From Antedon mediterranea (Eukaryota; Animalia; Echinodermata), in NCBI RefSeq assembly GCF_964355755.1, contig NC_092674.1:26784001-26848000 (forward strand): DNA of 64,000 nt, given 5' to 3'. Shown piece by piece: positions 14,601 through 24,900 of this stretch. The notes beneath the pieces were generated by a model, which searched no databases, was not told the origin of the DNA, and was given only the letters and a program-made list of their open reading frames with translations. The position numbers were made by a program, and so were the translations under genes. Every line of letters starts with the position of its first letter. The first letter of the stretch is position 1.

Positions 14601-17600
14601 CGAGGAGGGGCTACAGGCGCTGGTTAATAAGATTCTTCCGGCGGTATTGGAATATCTAGGCATCGAATACGCTTTTCGCGAACCGAAGCCAACCCCATCT
14701 ACAAAGCGTTTCTCGACGTTTGGGGTACGTACGCCTCTCCGTAAGGTTACAACGTGCCCAGTCGTTCCTCTCGACCCGGAGCTGGTCGACCGCGTGGACG
14801 CTATTGCGCGCGAGACCAGTACGCGTAGACCGGCGCCGAACATTCTTTCATGCGCTTTTCCGGTACCTAGAGCTCAATTTGATAGGTACATTGCTGCGCC
14901 AGGCGTGCCTGATGCCGCCAAGGACCGGGTTCGGGAGGACCAAGGATTAGAAGCGGGAAAGACTACTTACCTTGCTCCGACGGCCGCGAAGACAGAAGAT
15001 ACGCTCCTCACGATCGATAGAGCGGCCCGCGAGACACTTCGAGTAACATCCGTCTCCGGCTACTTGCTGTCGTTTTTGGCCGATCCGGACCACCCGCGGG
15101 AGTTCGATACAGAGGTCATTGCGCTGCTGCAACAGATCACGGGGCTAATTGCCGACCAGCAGGCGTTTGTATCTTTAACTTCTGCCGCCGCGCGTCGTGT
15201 CAACGTACTACAAAGTACTGATATCGCGCCAGCGCATTATCGCAGGTTCACGGCTTCTGAGTCCCTCGGGGCTAAGGACTTGTTTTTTGGTAGTTTCGCC
15301 CAAAAGGAGGACAAATGGGCGCGCGAGAGGGAGGCCCGTCGGGAAACGCGCGCTCGTTTCCCACAGAAGCGTCGGGCTAGCCGCGGCCGCTCGGGCCCGT
15401 CCAGGCCACCTCCCCCTCTCCCAGCTCCGGTACCGCCGCAGTCGCGACCGCAGCCGTCGAATGTCCCACCGGCGCGGCCTGACACGCAGGCTTCTACATC
15501 TCGCGCGCGCACCCCATACGGCAACAACAGCTACCGATATGGCCGGACTGCACGAGGCAGGGCCGGACGGTCTGACGCTACCCAAAAGAGTGGTAGGCGT
15601 CCGGGTGCGTTTGCGCGCCGCCGGTGACGCGTTCGATGCGCCCGTCCCCCCGAGCGACGGGCAGGTGGGGGGTCGCCTAAGACGGTTCGCCCGAGTGTGG
15701 GAGACCCTGTCGGAGGACAGGTGGGTTCTCTCCACAATCAAGAACGGCTATTCCATCGAATTCACGAGCCCCCCGGTGAGCGGGGGCGCTCGGTCGACGA
15801 GGATTCCTCCAGAGCCACACATGAGACGTGCGCTCCTGGACGGCCTCTCCACCCTGCTCCAAAAAGGAGCAGTGGAGGAAATCGACGCTCGATGTACCGT
15901 CTCCGGGCACGAGTCCACCGTCTTCTTAACAGAAAAAAAGACAGGCGACTGGCGACCCATCCTAAATTTAAGGAGTCTAAACAAGCGGTTCATTCATCCC
16001 CAGAGGTTTCGGATGGAGACAATCTCATCCATCCTACTGGGTTTAAAACATGGAGACTGGGCAGCCTCGATAGACCTGAAAGATGCTTACTTTCACGTTC
16101 CTATCGCAGAGGCAGATCAACGTTGGCTACGTTTCAGAATCCTCGACCGTCTGTACCAATTCGTCGCCCTGCCGTTCGGCCTATCGACGGCTCCGCGCGT
16201 GTTTACACGCATAGTCAGAACGCTGGCGTCGTTCTTCCACAAACATGGCATAAGAGTGTTCATGTACCTCGACGATTGGTTGGTCGTGGCCCAGTCCAAG
16301 GACAGACTGATGAGCAGTCTACAATATGTCCTTCTGGTAACGGAACAGGCAGGTTTCATTGTCAATCGGGAGAAGTCGTGCCTGGTGCCGACACAATCCC
16401 CGTTGTACCTCGGAGCACAGATAAATCTCGTTACGGGCTTGGCATCTCCATCCCAACAACGCATCGCGTCTGCAATGAGTGCAGTACGCAATCTAATATC
16501 TGCTCATGCTCCGACGGCTTACGAATGGCTCAGAGCACTGGGTTGTCTGGCCAGCTTCGTTGCCTTAGTTCCGTATTGCCGGCTGCGTATGAGACCTTTA
16601 CAGCTGCATCTGCTGGCTCATTACCGACCGCACTTAGACTCCCTACACAAAGTGGTCCTGTCGAATACATTCATTCAGACGCATCTCGAATGGTGGCTGG
16701 TGGAAGGCAGGTTGACTGTGGGAATGCCAATTCAAAAATCTCTGCCGGACGTCCGTATAGAGACGGACGCTTCCGAGACAGGCTGGGGCGGTTGCTCCAA
16801 GGCACTTCGCGCCTCCGGCCTTTGGACGGCCGAGGAGGCGCGATCCCACATCAACCTCCTAGAACTCTGGGCAGTCGAAAGGACCTTGAAGGCCCTTCGA
16901 CATCACGTGGCCGGTCGTCACGTCCTTATCCATTCCGACAACTCAACAGTGGTAGCATATATAAATCGTCAAGGAGGCACGAAGTCCCCGACGTTATGCT
17001 ACCACCTGTGGACACTGATGTTGTGGTGCATAGACAACAACATCATGCTCTCGGCTGCCCACATTGCGGGCAGCCTCAATGTTGTTGCGGACGCTCTGTC
17101 CCGACAAACACTATGTCCTACGGAATGGCGCCTTCTACCCAGCATCGCCGCACTGATATTCGACCACTTCGGGCGGCCTCACATAGATCTGTTTGCGACG
17201 TCAGACAACACGCAGCTCCCGACCTTTTGCACACGGTTCCGGGATGCACGTGCGTGGGCGGTGGATGCCCTGTCCATACATTGGGACGGACTATGGGCGT
17301 ATGCATTCCCACCAATATCACTGATTCCAAATGTTCTGACGCGCATTCAGCGCCATCCTTGCCGGGTCCTCCTGATCGCCCCGGGTTGAGCTCGACAAGC
17401 GTGGTATCCACTGCTTCTCGACCTGCTCTACGATCATCCCCTGCGTCTTCCAGATCGCGAGGATCTGCTGACGCAGGGCCGAGCTCAGTTCCCATTGCGG
17501 AACTTACAATCCCTGCGCCTGACTGTATGGCCATTGTCAGGGATCAGCTCCGAGACTCAGGCATTCCAGATGGCCCTGCCGCCCTCGCGGCGAAATCTCG

Positions 17601-20600
17601 TCGGGAATCTACTCTTACCGTCTACAATAGCCGACTAAAACATTTCTTTACATGGTGCAGGCGACAACAGGTAGAGCCGGGGTCGATCACCCTCGGACAA
17701 GTTTGCGCCTTCCTGCATTACCTGTTCGAGTCAGGTCTTCAGGTCCGCACCATTTCGGGCTATAGATCCGCCATTGGCGCGATCACGCCAACACTTAAAG
17801 ACGGTTCCTCTATATCGGCATCTCCCGTTATCACTCAACTGATACGGGGAATGTTCAGAGAACGACCTCCAGTCAAGGTCTTGATTCCTCGATGGGATGT
17901 TAACGTCGTCCTAGCCGCACTTACTCGCCCGCCATTTGAGCCTATGAGTAAGGCTACTCTGTATAATGTCTCGCTGAAAACGGCGTTCTTGCTCGCTTTA
18001 GCATCATGCAAACGCCGAGGCGAGTTGCACGCTCTCTCCTTGGAACCAGGTCATGTTAGGTTTGAGCGGGCCGGCGTGAGGCTAGTGTTTAGGAAAGATT
18101 TCCTTGCCAAGACACAGACGTTAAAATTTTCGCCGCCTGCTGTGTTCGTTCCCACCATCACATCTTTTTCATCGGCAGACGGAGATAAGCTTTGGTGCCC
18201 AGTCAGGGCTCTTAAGTGGTATATCCACCGCACTAAGACGATTAGAGACGGAGTGTCTCACCTCTTCGTCGCTTCTGTTCCTCCATACCGCGCGGCCGCT
18301 AAGGCAACAATAGCGAGATGGGTCGTTGCAACTATTCAAGACGCGTACACTTCTTCAGACACACCGCCACCGGCACATATGCACCAAGTGCGCGCGGTTT
18401 CCACTTCGTGGGCGTTGTTCTCGGGCGTCCCTGTAGCTGACATCATGGAAGCGGCGTGGTGGCGAACACAGTCGACATTCACCTCACACTACCTGTCGGA
18501 CATCTCCGCTAACGTGGCACCAGTGGCAACGGCGATACTAAAGCCTCGACTATAGGTATGTATAAGTCAATTTTCTAACTTGTCACCCGCCGCCGACTAG
18601 ATTCCTAGTCCGGTGCTACACTGGCTATTGTCGGGTTTATCCAGGTAAGCAGGCACGTAATAGACTACACAAACCAGAAATGGTGTTGGTAGTCTATAAG
18701 TGCTGCTTACCTGGATAAACACCCGCCCGCCGTCCCCTCAGACAAGAGGTCTTGAGAAATGATGACGGTAACACGTGGGAGTGGTCCCACGAGAGGGCGC
18801 TAGAGCGGAATGTACCATTCTTTATGAGGTGAATTCGGGTAGAATTCTTCTTTTCGTATTTGTTTCGCACTTCGTGGAAAAGGGCTATTGTCGGGTTTAT
18901 CCAGGTAAGCAGCACTTATAGACTACCAACACCATTTCTGGTTTGTGTAATCTATATATAAATTTACGTAAGGGCAAAATTCGGTAAATCTCGCCTTACT
19001 TCTAGAATTTTTACTCGATAGTATATAAAGTTGGTTCGTACTTTCGGTACTGATTTTAACCACCTGATGTAACCCTGTTTACTAATTAAATTGAGTTAAA
19101 TAATTAGTTATTGACGATTAAAACGAATTTAGGTTCAACGATTTGCCCCAAATAGGGGTGTTTTCCGACCGTGGTATACACTGTTTAATGCATGTCCATC
19201 GTGAAAAATACCCGCATACAATAATACGAGGATGCTTCGCATTTTCCTATCTCCTCCTACGATAACTGTTTTTAATGGCTGAAAACCGGTTGAACAGCTC
19301 GAGTACAGCATCATAATGTTGAAGACAGGCCGATTTTCTTTAAAAAAATACTATTTTGATACATTTAATATACGTTTATACAAATGTATTGATTTGCAAT
19401 GAATGGAACATTCAAAATTATTTGGTTTAACCATACTTGCATACCTCAAATGGTTTAACACAAGTAGGTAAATTTATAGACCCTTGGAGAATAAACAGAA
19501 ATAGTATTGTAATGCTATACAATACTGCAAATAGGTATTAACCACTTTTGATCGCCATTTGAATCAAAATTGTGTTGGTACTGTTAAATATAATATAAAC
19601 AAATATACTAATAAACTTTATCACTGTGAGTGTGGGTAGCCCCTACTTTTAGATTAAACACATAATAATATAATACTTTATTACTGTCAGTTGTTTCTCA
19701 ACGTTTGTATTAATTAATAATTACAAAAATATAAACGTATTAGTGGTCTTTAAATGTACTTTACTATTTCAATCGACCATGAGACAGTGACAGTTTTAAT
19801 AAAGTATTAAATCGGAAATGTTTTACTCTATTTAGTGGTATATTATTTATAGGCCTATAAAAAAATATTTCGTTACTGAGAGTGGATAATAAAGAAATAT
19901 ATTAAAGAACCATTTAATATAAAGAATATATTAAAAAATTGTTCCTCTTTGTACCTATCCTCATCCCCAACGCTCAACTCTAATGTTAGATACAAAACCC
20001 TAAACTCTAATAGATACAAAATTGGGTTTGTTTAAATGAGTCCAAATAACAAATTTGGACTCATTTGTGACAAGTTTCTAGGTGCTAATTTTGGTTGACT
20101 ACATAAATCATTGTGTCTATTTATTTGTTTCTGTAAAAGACAATGTTTTATAGTCCTGCCGTACGTACATTTGAAATCGCCAGTTTTTTTACGCTGAAAT
20201 TACTATGTATTCGAGAACCATCTGTGGGCACGAACTAGATGGTACGCGAGCGAAGCGAGCGTACCATCTAGTATTTATAATTTACAGTAATTAACTTTGA
20301 TGTTGTAAATAGATAACTAAAGTCATTTAGTGGATTATAAAATAGTTCTGTGTTTTTTGTTTAAATCTCTCGAATGATGGTTTTGTATATATTTTTATAA
20401 TCCATTTATTTGGTTCATCAAATTGAAATTATTCATCAACAAATCATTCTTATAATAGATAATTAGCAGATTCAAATTGTTAATCTGCTTCCCGTAGCTT
20501 AATGATATTGCAGGTGAATGCAATTAAAATGTAATTTCTGTATTCAGTTCATTTTAATGACAATCAATTTCAAATTCCTGAAAATGAAAAATATGATATA

Positions 20601-21917
20601 GTAAAAAAAATAGTTTTAACATTGTTATAATGTTATTGTTAAGAATTATTTTGGCTTTCTTAAAAAAAGGATGTTTTCTTAATATAAATGACAATATGAT
20701 TTTATATGATTTATTTTATTAACCATCTTTAGAGTGGATAACCTGTGTAGTTGTTTCATGAACTGATATTAATTAATAAATTTATTGATTCAAATTCATA
20801 TTCTGCAACAATATATAAATTTAATAAATCAATAAAAAACAAAAAAACAATGTACACGATATACAAGACGAGATATATTGGCCTACACAACATTTTTTTT
20901 TTTATTTGTATTCACTGTTTTTATTCGATAGGTAATATCAAAGTATTATAATGATGATTTTTTTTTTAGGTAAAGTGTATGCTGTCGGGGGTCATGATGG
21001 CCGAGAGCATCTTAATTCAATGGAAGTGTTTGATCCCAAAAGGAATACATGGGTACTTGTTGCACCAATGAATAATAAAAGGTAGGTTATCATAATATTT
21101 ACATAACAGTAGAACCAATATTAAGAGGATACAAATAGTGATGTCCCTCTGAATAGGAATGGCAATGTTAAAACATTATATTTTCCTCAATTGTTTAATA
21201 GCAGAGCATCCCCTTAATAGAGGTGTCCTAATAGAGGAGCTCCACTGTATCAGTATTATTGTTATTACAATCATTGTCATCTTTATTAAAATAAGGTCAC
21301 CCACCAGGTCAGTTTATCTTTTAAAATTAAGAATAACGAGGGACAATCATCACTTTGGTCACTGTCATGTTTGACCTTAGCAAATACCAGGATGTGACCT
21401 TATTTCTTTTCCTCTCTTTAGACGAGGTTTAGCCGTGGCTAGTCTTGGAGGCCCACTCTACGCTATAGGAGGTCTTGATGACGAGGTCTGTTTCTCTGAA
21501 GTGGAGAGGTATGATATTAATACCAATACCTGGGAGAAGGCTGCGTCAATGAACACACCCAGGGGTGGTGTCGGTGTTTGTACATTTAATGGCTATATCT
21601 ATGCAAGTAAGTTTATCTTATGCATATTAGACACCTGTATTTTAAGAATATTATACAAGGTGCACCTGTATTTTATGCATATTAAACTCAAGTGTATTTT
21701 ATGCAAATATATACCTGTATTTCATGCATATTAAACATCTGTACTTCTTCTTCTTCTTCTTCGTATTAGGAGCCAACTTCATATGTGAAGACTCTGCTCC
21801 TCCAACTCTGTTTTGCTAGCTCTACTGTATTTGGTTGTGTATTATTGTTCTATTTAGTTATTCTTTTACAGAGAGAAACTGACTGCCTTATTTATTTATA
21901 ATTATTATTATTAATTA

Positions 21918-21952
<35 letters not shown>

Positions 21953-24900
21953 TTTTTTTAATTTTTATTTATTTATTTATTTTTTTTTTTTTCATTTTTT
22001 TTTTCTCCCTTACTTCTCTATTCACTTTTCTCTCTCTCTTTTCTTCCCTTTCCCTTATCTCTTTTTTTAAGTTTTACTTATATAAATATATATACATGTT
22101 TAGTATGAATATATATAATTATTTGATCTATCCTATCTATTATATAATTGTATTGTATTCAGACACCTTGTAAAGAGTAAAAAAAAAGAGTAAACTGTAC
22201 CCAACATTAAACACTATGGAAGTCTACCGTCCGTGCCAACCGCTATCACTTTCCTGGGCCGCTACCTAGAGGCAGAATATTAAGCAGATTAAACAAAATT
22301 GTATTTTATGCAAATTATAAACCTGTATTTTATGCATATTAAACACCTGTATTTTATGCATATTAAACACAATTATATTTTATGCAAATTATACACCTGT
22401 ATTTTATGCAAATTATACACCTGTATTTTATGCATATTATACACCTGTATTTTATGCATATTTAAAACTAACTTACAATAATCAACAAAAACTTATGCAT
22501 GTATGTTCGTGTTTGATTTCAGTTGGTGGTAACGATGGCCAGGCTACTTTAAATACATGTGAACGATACAACCCACACCTAAATAAGTGGACAGAGATTG
22601 CCCCAATGCATACAAGACGAGCTGGTGGTGGCCTTACTGTACTCAACAGAAGTTTATTTGCCATAGGTAAATCAAAACTCACAATCATCACCATTTGTTA
22701 AGACCTGGTTATCAACACTGAAATAGTATATGATTGCTTTACTATGGTAACTGAACTTTTGATACTGGAATTTAGCAAACATAGATTTTTACTGATGTTT
22801 GGATTATCATTTATTATGATTTAAATGTCTGCAACATATGATCCAAAAAATATCAGATGAGCTGTTGAGTGTTTCTACCTCACAATCTTAAAACAAGGCA
22901 ATCTAGGACACTGAGCTCGCCTTGCCATGATAGGAACATATAACAGTCCTTTGATCTTATGTCTGGCTGCGACAAATACCAACAGTACTGTACTATGTAC
23001 ATATTCTCTGTGGCGTGTGGTGTCTGTTAATGTGTGTGGAACTGATCATGTTGCAGCCACAGATAAATCCTTTGATCTCCAGAGCTCAGTGTCCTAGATT
23101 GCCTTGTTTTAAGATTGTGAGGTAGAAACACTCAACAGCACATCTGATAATTATGGGATCATATGATAAATATTTAGTTGCAGACACTTAAATCATAATA
23201 ATTTATAATCCACAAAATCTATGTTTACTAAATCCCAGTATCAAAAGTTAGGCTTCAGTTACCATAGCAACCCTTGAGCATTTTGTTTCCAGGAAGTTAC
23301 CTAGCAACAGGCAGCTGCGTTTTATTATCTTCGGTTTGTTAAATATTGATTTTATTTCAAGCCAGCAGACCACAATTGAATATAACATGAATTAGTGTAC
23401 ACTATATTATGATCATATAATTTCTTTTTATTTAAATATGATATGCTTTGCTTATGCTTATTATGAACATTAAATTATTAATGTCTAAAGCTCCGTTTAC
23501 ACTATCAAACTTTATGTTGCAAAAAATATGTTATAAGTTCATATCTTGGCAAAGCGAGCTCAGTGTCCTGTTGTTAGATTGGCTTGGTATGAGTAACATC
23601 TACTAATATGCAGAACCTGTTATTGTAACTGAAAACTTTATTAAATTTTTATATATATATATTTAAATATTTCTGAAATGTTTTTATTTTGACAGGAGGA
23701 TTTGATGACAGTTCGCCATTAAATACTGTTGAAAGATATGATGTTCTTAATGATAAGTGGAAGTTTGTTAAACCAATGAATGTATGTCGCGGCGGAGTTG
23801 GGGTCACTACTATGTGTGGCAAGATATTCGCTGTCGGAGGTCACAATGGGTCAGCTTATTTGAACTCTGTCGAGTGCTATGATCCAGAAACAGACAGGTA
23901 TACTATGATTTTTAACATTTTTATACGAAATATGTTTTTGTGTAATGTTCATATTTAACATTGTAAAGTTAATTAATCGGTTTAACCGCATAATATGCGA
24001 CAGAGTATACTGTAAATGTAGTGTATTCACAATACAGTGTCTAATCTAAAATAATACACTAATATTATTTACAAGTATTAACAAAATCTATTTTATTTCT
24101 TTTCAGTTGGACAATGTTGCATAATATTGCGATCTGTCGAGCAGGTGCTGGAGTGATTACGTGTGCGTGCAATGTTCAAATGTTAAAAGATGCTACTAAA
24201 ACTAGTGGCGTAAGTATTATGTCTTTTGCATCTATTAGAGGGACAATTTCCTGTGAAAAGATTATGGGAAAATAATGATTTAACATTATAGCCAACCCCT
24301 TCCTCATGTAACACCCCTATTAAGGGGAAACTTTACTGTGAAAAGATTGAGGGAAAATAATGATTTAACATTGTAGCCGACCCCTTCCTCATGTAACACC
24401 CCTATTAAAGGGACACTTTCCTGTGAAATGATTATGGGGAAATAATGATTTAACATTATAGCCGACCCCTTCCTCATGTAACACCCCTATTAAGGGGAAA
24501 CTTTCCTGTGAAATGATTATGGGGAAATAATGATTTAACATTATAGCCAACCCCTTCCTCATGGAACACCCCTATTAAAGGGACACTTTCCTGTGAAATG
24601 ATTATGGGGAAATAATGATTTAACATTATAGCCAACCCCTTCCTCATGGAACACCCCTATTAAGGGGAAACTTTCCTGTGAAATGATTATGGGGAAATAA
24701 TGATTTAACATTATAGCCAACCCCTTCCTCATGGAACACCCCTATTAAGGGGAAACTTTCCTGTGAAATGATTGAGGAGAAATAATGTTTTAACATTATA
24801 GCCGACCCCTATTAAGGGGAAACTTACCTGTGAAATGATTGAGGAGAAATAATGTTTTAATACTATGACCCAAGAAGCAATATATGTTTTAACACTGTGG

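Larger units (their letters stand above)
13460..18949 (+). mobile_element. Full-length DIRS1-like tyrosine-recombinase retrotransposon inside a KLHL8 intron
   Basis: GC-rich island carrying gag, RT-RNaseH-methyltransferase and tyrosine recombinase ORFs. Left ITR 13474-13631 is the exact reverse complement of right ITR 18755-18912. There is a right-end extension to 18948 and an internal complementary region at 18623-18720 that matches both termini. No target-site duplication beyond one shared A. Confidence 0.96.

Noticed and set aside
14131-18233. Many short antisense and alternative-frame ORFs inside the DIRS element
   Set aside because: Expected in GC-rich coding DNA; no recognisable motifs.
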